Below are positions 1 to 9,007 of a stretch of 64,000 nt of DNA, piece after piece (the stretch's first letter is position 1; the number at the start of each line of letters is the position of its first letter). Both the position numbers and the translations under genes were made by a program. The notes below the pieces were generated by a model. That model had not been told where the DNA came from and searched no databases. It worked only from the letters and a program-made list of their open reading frames with translations. The stretch spans positions 1,728,001-1,792,000 of the forward strand of contig CAXXDN010000002.1 of NCBI GenBank assembly GCA_963667465.2, in the 5' to 3' direction. Source of the stretch: Dehalococcoidia bacterium. GTDB taxonomy: Bacteria; Chloroflexota; Dehalococcoidia; UBA2979.

Positions 1-257
1 AACTCGATACCCGGCTTAAGAAGAAGGAGACATCGCCGAACGTCGAGGGCATGGATCCCCCTGTGGTGCCACGGTGGGGAGGCCTGGCTCAAGGATACTT
101 GGAGAGGCAGCAATGCGGGCGCGAGCGAAGCGCACCCGAACCCCTACGGCGCGCCCTATGGTCGCCCTCCGGGCGCCAACCCGTGGCGTCAGCCAGTTCC
201 GCCACATCCGCCCGAACGCTCCCGACACAACGCGAGCGGCGCCGTCGGGCCGCTCGC

Positions 258-464
258 TCAGTTGCTGGTGCGGGGCAGCTTGGCGGGCAGCACTTCACGT
301 AAGTGATTGAGCCGCTTCATCAGCAGGTCATCCCCGATGCTGTTGTAGTCGCGCGCTGCTGCAAGATCGCGGTACTCACGCCACAGCATGGTGTCGGCGA
401 GCCTGTCGAGTGCTTCGGCGATATGAAACAAATGAAGATTGTTAGACTCGTCGAGATTCGTCAT
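258..464 (-). CDS. small hypothetical protein (68 aa, MTNLDESNNL...)
   Basis: ATG at 464 preceded by GGAAAGGA; helical, protein-like composition; 3' part of ORF 258..776. Confidence 0.45.
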   Translation of the reverse strand: MTNLDESNNLHLFHIAEALDRLADTMLWREYRDLAAARDYNSIGDDLLMKRLNHLREVLPAKLPRTSN

Positions 465-730
465 CTGCGCGTCCTTTCCTGACCGCGTAGACTCTCGCAC
501 GCCACCCCGCAGCGGCACAACTGCGCACGTCGCCCCGGGATAGTTTCCATTCACTTCCCGATGCCCTAATCCCGTCGCTGGTAACCCGTCGCCCTTGGCG
601 ACGAGTGGCGTGATGGCCCGGTTGACGTACGGGCTGATAGGTCTTTCTGGATGCGGTGGCCCTCGGGTCGCCCCGTCTCCTGCGACCCGAGCTCGCGTAG
701 CGGGATCCCAGCGGGTCGTGCAGGCGACCC

Positions 731-765
731 TAACCTCCGATAGCACGGCTCCATATAGGAGGTTA
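731..765. promoter_or_regulatory. inverted repeat (putative operator) upstream of fic
   Basis: TAACCTCCGATA...TATAGGAGGTTA arms (11/12 match), 30 bp before the fic start. Confidence 0.45.
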
Positions 766-794
766 TCTGGTAACATTCAGCACGAGAGGTTGAT

Positions 795-2066
795 ATGGCT
801 GGCTACGAGCGCCGACAGTGGCAGGGGAGCCCGACCGGGCAGACCTACCGCGAGCGGCGGCCCTGCAACTACGACACATACCTGCCGGATCCGCTCGCCG
901 GCCGCGACTTCGCGCTCTCGGGCGAGGTAACCGCGGATGTCGCCGCGGCCGAGGCCGCGCTCGTGCGTCTCGATGAATCGGCTACCGCGCTCGCCGGCAC
1001 CCGCTCCCTCGCCCGACTGATCCTGCGCGCCGAATCTGTCGCGTCGTCTCGCATCGAAGGACTGGTGGTCGGGGGCCGGCGGCTGCTCCGTGCCGATGCG
1101 GCGCGCCGTCTCGGCAATGACCCGCGGGATCGTACGGCCGAGGAGGTGCTGGCCAACATCGACGCAATGTCGATGGGCGTCGAGACCGTGGGGCCGGGCG
1201 ACCCGATTGAGCCGGCTGTCCTGCTGGAGATGCACCGCCTGCTGCTCGCCGGCACGCCGCTTGAGGAGCACGGCGGGCGACTGCGAGACCAGCAGAACTG
1301 GATCGGAGGCTCCGGGTACAACCCGTGCGCCGCGGCGTTCGTACCGCCACCCCCCGAGATCGTGGAGGACCTGTTCGATGACCTCTGCGCCTTCGCCAGC
1401 GCCGATGCGTGGCCACCGCTGGTCCAGGCAGCGATCACGCACGCGCAGTTCGAGACCATCCACCCGTTCGTGGACGGCAACGGACGCGTGGGCCGTGCCC
1501 TGATCCATCTGGTGCTGCGGCGCCGCGGCCTGGGCCTCCGCGTCCAACCGCCCATCTCACTGGTGCTGGCGACATGGTCTTCGGCCTACGTGTCCGGCCT
1601 GACCGCGACGCGCTACGTCGGGCCGCCCGACAGCGCCGAAGCGCGAGACGGCTTCGACCGCTGGGTCGCGCTCGCCGCCGAAGCCTGCCTGCGTGCCGCG
1701 GGCGACGCTGCGCGCTTCGAGGAGCGGGTGCAGGCGCTCCAGGCGGAATGGCTCGAGCGAGCCGGTCCCGCGCGGCGCGACTCGGCGCTCCGCCTGCTCA
1801 TCGACACGCTCCCCGAGGCGCCCGTTCTGACCGCGTCCGTCGCCGCGGATCTCATCGGCCGCTCGCAGCGAGCGACGAGCCAGGCGATGGACCAACTGGT
1901 GCGCGCGGGGATCCTGGTCCAGATCACAGTCGGCCGACGCAATCGGGCGTTCGAGGCGCCCGAACTCATCGATGCGTTCACAGCATTCGAGCGAGGTCTC
2001 GCGAGCCCGGAGGGCGATACGGCCATCGCGGATCCCTCACGCCCTGTGCCCCAGCGGCCGAACTGA
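795..2066 (+). CDS. fic: Fic family protein with C-terminal winged-HTH
   Basis: canonical Fic motif HPFVDGNGRVGR; N-terminal ESVASSRIEG; C-terminal HTH-like segment (LIGRSQRATSQAMDQLVRAGIL). Confidence 0.93.
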   Translation: MAGYERRQWQGSPTGQTYRERRPCNYDTYLPDPLAGRDFALSGEVTADVAAAEAALVRLDESATALAGTRSLARLILRAESVASSRIEGLVVGGRRLLRADAARRLGNDPRDRTAEEVLANIDAMSMGVETVGPGDPIEPAVLLEMHRLLLAGTPLEEHGGRLRDQQNWIGGSGYNPCAAAFVPPPPEIVEDLFDDLCAFASADAWPPLVQAAITHAQFETIHPFVDGNGRVGRALIHLVLRRRGLGLRVQPPISLVLATWSSAYVSGLTATRYVGPPDSAEARDGFDRWVALAAEACLRAAGDAARFEERVQALQAEWLERAGPARRDSALRLLIDTLPEAPVLTASVAADLIGRSQRATSQAMDQLVRAGILVQITVGRRNRAFEAPELIDAFTAFERGLASPEGDTAIADPSRPVPQRPN

Positions 2067-2631
2067 GCACGATTGCCTCGCCCCCAGAGCACCGAGGGCC
2101 GGTTTCTCACCACTCGAACAAGAGGGGTATGAAGCTCCGGTCGTGCGAAAAAGGGTGCGCCAGGTTGTCTCTGACGCTGGCGTTCTGAGGCCCGTCGCAC
2201 GCGGCGCCTATGATCGGTCCTCGAGCGCTATCTCACCGCTGGCCGGGCTTCGCGATCGGGTCGGCGAAGCCGGCTGACGTAGTCCGCATCGGCAGTGACT
2301 ACCGGTGACGACGCCGCGCCTTCGAGGAGCTGGACCCGCAGGCGCTGGCAATCCTGGTCCTTGCGGATCAATTGACTGGCGTACTCGCTCGACGAGCTAT
2401 AGCCACGGTCGCTGCTCAGGACGCAACGCTAGCAAATTCTGGCAAGACGCCGCGCCACCCTAGGTCAGAAGGGCCGTCCAAGACCGCTACGGTATCCAGA
2501 CGAGGCTCCGGTAGTGGATGGAACGGTGGACGGCTCACCAGCTCCGTGCCCGTGCTGCAACTTGTGATCGCCATGTGATGTAATGTGGGATATCTACTGG
2601 TACACTCTGTTCGCACGGAGGAGGTGGCTGA

Positions 2632-3024
2632 GTGACATCGACACCCGTTGCCCGCCCGGACTACGAAGCTCATGTGCGTGCCACCCGCTCGACGTTCCCC
2701 GAAGTAGTTCGCGAGGTACGCGATATCCTCGGCCCGAGGCTCTGCGCGTACCTGGGCTCGGTCAAGGAAACGCGCGCTGTCCACCAGTGGGCGGACGGTT
2801 CGCGCAAGCCGAACGCCGATGTCCAACGGCGGCTGCGCACCGCGCTGCAGGCTGCCGCCCCGATCGCCGCCGCGGACTCGGCCGCCATCGCGCAGGCCTG
2901 GTTCCAGGGGCTCAACCCGCAACTTGACGACCGCTCCCCGCTGCGCCTGCTCCGCGAAGGCGATCTCGACGAGGTGGGCCCCGAGGTGATCGGCGCCGTG
3001 CGCGCCTTTCTGGCGGGCGGATGA
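2632..3024 (+). CDS. Xre/MbcA/ParS-like antitoxin
   Basis: HTH-like N-half; C-terminal AWFQGLNPQLDDRSPLRLLREG motif; ATGA overlap with the downstream RES gene. Confidence 0.8.
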   Translation: MTSTPVARPDYEAHVRATRSTFPEVVREVRDILGPRLCAYLGSVKETRAVHQWADGSRKPNADVQRRLRTALQAAAPIAAADSAAIAQAWFQGLNPQLDDRSPLRLLREGDLDEVGPEVIGAVRAFLAGG

Positions 3025-3708
3025 GTTGCGATCTGGAAACCGTAGCCCCCGCCGGTCCGGTTTTCCGCCTCGCCCGCGCTCCCGAACCCTGGTCATGGCC
3101 CGACTGGAGCCAGGCGAGTCTCGACGGGACCTTCGGCAACCGCTGGGACGATCTGGAGGGAGCGTACCGCGTCCTCTATGCCAGTTCGACCCGCTTCGGT
3201 GCACTGCTCGAGACGCTTGCCCGGTTCCGCCCGGACCTCGCCGTCATCGCAGGGCTCAGTGAGATCGCCGGTCGGGACGACCCGATTGCAGCGGGGACGG
3301 TTCCCAGGGAGTGGTTCGACAACCGGCTCATGGGTGTGGCCGAACTCATCGGAACCTACGCGGACATCGGCGCGGCCGCGTCGCTCTCGTTAGTACGCGC
3401 GCCTCGCGGGCAGAGCGATTCATCATGGCCTAACGGACATCGATGCAGCCGCGATTCGCCTCACAGCTCCCCGTGGCTTCACCCAGGACGTCTCGCGGCT
3501 CATCTACGAGTGCCGCACTGCCGGAGCCGAACCGCTCGCCGGCATCCGTTACCACTCTCGCCTCGACGACAGTACATCCAACTGGGCCGTCTTCGAGCCG
3601 GCCTCAGGCTCGCCCGAGCCGCTCCACCTGCTCGATGCCGAACCGGTCCAGCCCGACGATCCCCACGTGACTCACGCACTCGAGGTCTTGGGGCTCCAGA
3701 TCGCGTGA
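3021..3708 (+). CDS. RES domain toxin, frameshifted near 3400
   Basis: FRLAR...GNRWDD...VLYAS...LLETL, continuing in another frame as RLAGRAIH...GIRYHSRLD...NWAVFE to TGA at 3706-3708; 2 bp missing in a (GC)n run. Confidence 0.8.
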
Positions 3709-3944
3709 CCCCAACTGAGTCCAGATCGTCGTCACCGCCGGCGACAAGAAAGCCGTCACACACGGGCGGGCCGCGACAGCACGGATACCGAACTCCTGGC
3801 TCACGCGGTCCCACACGCGCCTAATCGCCGCCCGCACCGCTCCTGGCCTATCCTCAAGAACCGTGAATTCGCGGTCTTCCGAGAACCGATACCGGAGGAC
3901 GCGCCTTTTCTGCCCAGGGGGAAAGATCCGAGCCGCCGCATACC

Positions 3945-4140
3945 GGGCGCCGGGGGGACGCGCTCTGAGACGAGCGTTTCCCTGCTCGTCCAGTTGCCGC
4001 TCCCGTGCCTTGATCGTCTCGATGAGCTCGGGGCCTCGAACGCACGGTTGCACGGTCCGAACGTCATCTGCGTGAGAATTCCAGCTCCACGGCCGCTCGC
4101 CCGGCTCGTCGCCTAGAACGGCCGCCCGATTGGTCGGCCT
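3945..4140 (-). pseudogene. degenerate fic 3' fragment
   Basis: reads AGILTQMTFGPCNRAFEA/ELIETIKARERQL versus Fic AGILVQITVGRRNRAFEAPELIDAFTAFERGL. Confidence 0.7.
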
Positions 4141-4189
4141 TCTCGCGTCGCACCCAGTATCTCCCGCCGTGACCCTCATTCCGCCACGG

Positions 4190-4218
4190 TTGCTGACGTG
4201 GTGATACCACGCTAGACT
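4190..4218 (+). promoter_or_regulatory. sigma70-like promoter with a palindrome in the spacer
   Basis: TTGCTG-17 bp-TAGACT; spacer contains CGTGGT-GAT-ACCACG; start codon follows within 10 nt. Confidence 0.5.
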
Positions 4219-4221
4219 CGC

Positions 4222-5022
4222 GTGGACATGACGAAGACGTTCGACCGTCTACGGGCAGAGCTCGACACCGTCCTCACAAGCGAGCGCGTCGCGCTTGACC
4301 GCTTGATCGCGCAGGTGGTGGACCCGACGGTGGATCCCGTAGCACTCGTGGGTGCGGCTGAGTCTCAGGCGCGCTTCGAGCGAATGCGCTCCAGGCTCGT
4401 CAAGGAGCTTCAAGAAGTCGCGAGTGAAAGTAGGCGGCGAGAGGAAGAACGCTCGACACGGCAGTTCGTGCTGCGGGCGCTCGAGACGATCGGATGCCCC
4501 CAGAATGCCGGCTTCCTTGAGGAGTACGTGTGGGCGAGCGAACGCGTTTCGCTGAATACACGTGGATTCGGTGCCCTGCGTCGTGACGAGCGTCGCGCCT
4601 GGGGACGCCACCCGGGCCATAGGCTCGCGTACATCGTTCCGTGCCTGGACGCGGAGGCACGGCCTCTAGCGAAATGGATGGCCCGTTCCGATTGGCCGCT
4701 CCAGGTTCGTATCGTAGTGGAGGGCGCTGGGGAGCTGTTCGAACTGAAGAGGCTCGCCTGCTTGCTTGAAGCCGAGCGGCGGGGTGACACGGGCAACGGG
4801 TATGACCCGTTCTTCCCACTTATCGAGAAGTATGGGGAGTCGATTCTCGACTGGGAGCCGGCCCGCGTGATGGAGCGACAACGCGGCGCTTGGCTCGCCG
4901 AGTTAAACGCGGAGGTCAATGCTCGCCTGGCGCACTTGGCCCTCCCTGTAGAGAGAGCACAATCCGCAGCCGCGGAGACACTTGAGGCCCTCTCGGAGGA
5001 CGACAAGCTGTGGGGGCAATGA
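4222..5022 (+). CDS. hypothetical protein (N-terminal coiled coil, possible wHTH), first gene of the helicase operon
   Basis: 266-aa ORF directly after the predicted promoter; no motif recognised. Confidence 0.7.
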   Translation: MDMTKTFDRLRAELDTVLTSERVALDRLIAQVVDPTVDPVALVGAAESQARFERMRSRLVKELQEVASESRRREEERSTRQFVLRALETIGCPQNAGFLEEYVWASERVSLNTRGFGALRRDERRAWGRHPGHRLAYIVPCLDAEARPLAKWMARSDWPLQVRIVVEGAGELFELKRLACLLEAERRGDTGNGYDPFFPLIEKYGESILDWEPARVMERQRGAWLAELNAEVNARLAHLALPVERAQSAAAETLEALSEDDKLWGQ

Positions 5023-5071
5023 TCCCGACCCTACCCGGGGATGGGCGCGATAGTGCGAATGGGGAGCAACG

Positions 5072-7224
5072 ATGACGGACCTCTCCTCGGCTGAGCGCCT
5101 GACGCTGCAGCAACTGCGGCTTCGCGAGTGGATCGGCAGATCGGCTCGAGGCGGAGACGCGCAGCTCTCAAGTCGTCCGGAGCCAGAGCGTGGGCGCGCC
5201 GCCGGCCTGCCTCAAGCCTGGCAGATGACACGGAAGCTGGGGCTGCACTCGTGGCAGGAATCCGCTTGCGAAGCGTGGTTCCGCGGGGATCGACGTGGCA
5301 CCATCAAGGTTGTCACAGGTGCGGGCAAGACCGTTGTTGCGCTGGCCATCATTGAACGTCTCCAGCGCCTCGATCCCGAACTTCGCGTCGCCATCGTCGT
5401 ACCCACCATCGTCTGATGAACCAGTGGTACGAGATGATACGTGAGCACTCGAACCTTCCGGAGCAGTCCGTCGGCCGCCTGGGAGGCGGCCAATTCGGCA
5501 CGTTTGACGAAGCGACACGGATCCTAATCGCCGTGCTCGCCTCCGCCCGGAAGAAAATGCCGCAACTGGTCGGTGAGGATTTGGGGCGGCACCTACTGCT
5601 CGTGGGGGACGAGTGTCACCGTGTCGGGGCGCCCGAGATGTCGCGCGTCCTCGACACGCGTCGGGCTTACTCCCTCGGTCTGTCCGCGACGCCAGAGCGT
5701 GGCGACGGCGAGGACGACGAGGGGACGGGCGCACACGTCGAATGGGCGCGCAACGGGTTCGGTCCGATCGTCTACGAGATGAGCTTCGCTCAGGCGCTCG
5801 ACCTCGACGTGCTTCCGCCCTTTGAGATTGACCACTATGGCCTGCCACTGACGGCGAGGGAGGTACACCAATACACCACGCTGAGCAACTCGATCACCGA
5901 AACGAGAAGGGATCTGCTCCACTCATCCGCCACAGCACGTAGGGCGGGCGGAGGAGAGCGCCTGCTGTCCTGGGCGCGACGGGTTGCGGCCCGGTCTGGT
6001 GATCTTGCTGGACTCGCGTCTCGGTTCGTGAACGATACAACCCGACGCAAACAGCTGTTGTACCGAGCGCAGGGCAGAAAGAGCGCAACGCTCGCTCTTG
6101 TGCGCGAGACTCTGGAAGCCCGTCCCGGTGCGCGCGTGATTCTGTTTCACGAGAGCATCGACGAGGTTGTCCGCCTCTTTGAGCTACTCGAGTCCGAAGA
6201 CGTGCCCGCGGTCATGGAACATAGCGAGCTCCCGGCGGAGTTGCGTGAGACCAGCCTGGAGCTCTTCCGAAGCGGTGCTGCGCAAGTGGTCGTATCGGCA
6301 CGTTCGCTCATCGAGGGATTCAACGTCCCCGAAGCAGATCTTGGGATCATCGTCGCCTCCTCGAGCTCACCACGCCAACGGATTCAGAGCATCGGTCGCG
6401 TCCTTCGGCGCCATCGCGGGCCCGAGGGCGAAGAAAAGACATCGCGGGTTTGTGTTCTCTACGTCCGGGACACGGTCGACGAGGCGATCTATGAGCGGGA
6501 AGACTGGAATAAGCTCATCGGCCTCGATCGAAATCGTTACTTCACGTGGGACCCCCCGGCGGAGGCAGTCGAACTCGGCGCACCACCCCGTGCTGCGATC
6601 CCGGCCGAAGGCGGCATCGACGCCGCCGCCCTCGCCCTCGGCGACGAGTGGCCCGGGCGGTACGACGGCGAAGAGTTCTCAAGCGATTCTCTCGGGAACG
6701 TCTCCTCCCTCGATGGGCGGATCGCGGTCAATCCTCAAGATGTCCCGGAAACAATCATCAAGCTGAAGGGGCAGCCAGGTCGATTCAAGGTTACGCCTCA
6801 GCAGCAACTCGTCCTGGTGCTCGTGCCAAGTCAGGGCGGCGGCTGGATCGTACGTTTCGGCGGACGCCTAGCGGAGCCATTCGATTTCGGCGCTAACCAT
6901 GCGCCGGCTCGCGTCGACGCTAGCGGATTGTATCCGGGCGATCTGTATGACGGTCCACTAGAGCCGGCGCAGGAACTCAGATTCCGCAGGCGCCGAGCGG
7001 GCGTTGTCGCGATGCGCCGTCCTCGCGGGGGCGAGGTGTTCGCCTCTGGCGATCAGGCTGAGACGCTCGTCGATATCCTGAGGCGGCTCAATCGCACCCA
7101 TGGTCCGATATCGAAGTTCTTCGTTAACGAGCTCGGACACGCATTCTGGCGCGAGAAGGGCACCGCGCGCTTCATCATCGCGGAAGCAGGGAACCTGTTC
7201 CCAGTTGAGGAGCACGCCCCATGA
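5072..7224 (+). CDS. SF2 (XPB/ResIII-like) DExH helicase with two C-terminal repeat domains; frame break at 5414-5416
   Basis: WQ, VVTGAGKT, VVPT in 5072..5416; DECH, SAT, LIEGFNVP, QSIGRVLR in 5416..7224; restoring one C gives IVLMNQW. Confidence 0.88.
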
Positions 7225-7919
7225 CTCCGTTCGCAGTCGCCCCGGTGACGCCGCACCTATGGTCGGGACGCTACGCGAGGATCCCGGGGGAGACCACCGC
7301 CTTCCACGTGCGGCTCGTCGATGACCTGTGGTGGCCAGTTGTCGAGTGGGCGTTCGACGGCATGATTGCTGAGTGTCCGATGGTTGACTCGGCCGGCGCC
7401 GCTGCACTCGCCTCCGCCGTCAACCGGGGAAAGGCATTCCTCGGCGGAGGACAAGGTGGCTCTTTCCTCATCAACGAGTACGGACAGATCCTCGTCCCGG
7501 CACCGACTCCGGGCGACCCGCGTGTCGCGATCGTGGCCGAATGCACGGGGCCGCTGGAATTCATGAACAACGCAGTCGGCTACGGGACTTTTGATCTCGC
7601 AGACAACTCTGTTCTGAGTGCTGGCGACGTCTGGAATCGCCCGTACGTCGGCGTGCCGCACCACCTGAGTCGTCGGAGCGAGCTCTACTTCTGGGGGGTT
7701 GGTGAAGGTGGGGGCGGGAAGCTCCTTCCACGGGCTCAGGACAGCGAACTGATCAGTGCACTACGCCACCTCCGAGGACATGGCGCTGTCCGCTTCCTGG
7801 CCGCCTATGGCGGGTTCGTGTTAACGAAGGTCCCGGTCGGAAGCTGGCCGTACGAGCGCTGGGAACCGCGCTATGTCGGTCGCATCGAATTCAGGCAGTG
7901 GTTCTTGAAGGAGGGCTGA
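7221..7919 (+). CDS. hypothetical protein with two copies of an uncharacterised domain
   Basis: ATGA overlap with the helicase; GSFLINEYGQILVP and LSAGDVWNRPYVG motifs. Confidence 0.8.
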   Translation: MTPFAVAPVTPHLWSGRYARIPGETTAFHVRLVDDLWWPVVEWAFDGMIAECPMVDSAGAAALASAVNRGKAFLGGGQGGSFLINEYGQILVPAPTPGDPRVAIVAECTGPLEFMNNAVGYGTFDLADNSVLSAGDVWNRPYVGVPHHLSRRSELYFWGVGEGGGGKLLPRAQDSELISALRHLRGHGAVRFLAAYGGFVLTKVPVGSWPYERWEPRYVGRIEFRQWFLKEG

Positions 7920-7920
7920 G

Positions 7921-8595
7921 ATGAGCGCATTCCCAGTGTTCGGGGGAAACTGGCCACGGAACGTCAATCGCGACGCGAAGTACGCCGTCCGGACGATCGA
8001 GGGTCGTCCGGTTGTCGCGCTCCGCTACCTGAGCGGAGACGGGGAGGAATGGCTCGCGACCACCAAGAGCCACCCCGATCTCGTGGAGATGGTGAACGCC
8101 GTCAAGACGTCTATGGGTGAAGGGCCAAACGGCCCGTTCTACGTCAACGAGTACGGCCAAGTCATCGTCCCGGTCGTAGACGGCACCTACTACGTCGCCG
8201 GTGACTATGACATGCCCCTTCGATTCGAGTTCGAGGGAACGACGCTCTCAGGCGAGGGTGTCGACCTGGCAGGACGGCCTCTCTCGCCCGGAGACATTTG
8301 GGACGGGCCTCACCCCGGAATCCCCTACATCCTGAAGGCTGGGGGCGGGGATGTGTACTACCGGACACAACTGCGGCCGAACGTGACCAGGAACGTCACG
8401 CTGAGTTCAATGGTCGGGATGGCTGCGGCGCGCGCCTTTGCAGACCGCACTCAGGCCGTGAAGGGTTGGCAGGGCGGACGCTTCTATGTCAACGAGTGGC
8501 ACGAGCTCTTCGCCCCGGTCGACCACGGCAACGGGCTCACCTACGTCTACATCGGGCACCTCGACCAGAACGAACCTTGGTACCCAAGGCCATAA
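7921..8595 (+). CDS. hypothetical protein, paralogue of 7221..7919
   Basis: GGAGG RBS; GPFYVNEYGQVIVP, LSPGDIWDGPHPGIPY and GRFYVNEW motifs. Confidence 0.8.
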   Translation: MSAFPVFGGNWPRNVNRDAKYAVRTIEGRPVVALRYLSGDGEEWLATTKSHPDLVEMVNAVKTSMGEGPNGPFYVNEYGQVIVPVVDGTYYVAGDYDMPLRFEFEGTTLSGEGVDLAGRPLSPGDIWDGPHPGIPYILKAGGGDVYYRTQLRPNVTRNVTLSSMVGMAAARAFADRTQAVKGWQGGRFYVNEWHELFAPVDHGNGLTYVYIGHLDQNEPWYPRP

Positions 8596-8824
8596 GTACA
8601 AGCTTGACCCGCGCCGAAGCGGCCGATCGGCGTAGCTTGGTCACTCGGGAGGCTGCCGCGACGGACGTTCTGGACCTCTCCTCGCTGATTGTGCGCGGGG
8701 CGAGGTCAATCGTTTGTCTGGTCCCCTGTCGCTGGGCGCTGGACCACGAGATAGTGAGTCTCATCATTGTCGGGCGCAGGCCGTTCCAAAGACCGTCGTC
8801 CCGACTCCAGGCAAGTGGGGAAGA

Positions 8825-9007
8825 ATGCTAGAGTCAGTCCTGCGCCGCACGGCTGAGAAGCTCGCCGCGTCGGGTGTGCTCGACGTCGCTGAAGTTGCAC
8901 ACGTGATGAAAGCGCTCGCCGCCGGCCACCTCAGGTCTATCGCCGAGCTGAGCGCGTTGATCGAGGAGCCCGCGGATACAGCCGAGGCCCAAAGCGATGA
9001 AGATTAG
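8825..9007 (+). CDS. small helical protein (60 aa) overlapping the ATPase start
   Basis: ATG at 8825 after GGGGAAGA; 11-bp overlap with the next gene. Confidence 0.5.
   Translation: MLESVLRRTAEKLAASGVLDVAEVAHVMKALAAGHLRSIAELSALIEEPADTAEAQSDED

Noticed and set aside
2070-2600. short ORFs between fic and the antitoxin
   Set aside because: No motif, RBS or coherent frame; treated as intergenic or decayed sequence.
8600-8715. possible fourth fic remnant (RAEAA...LSSLIVRG versus AAEAA...LARLILRA)
   Set aside because: Similarity too weak to support by eye; needs alignment statistics.
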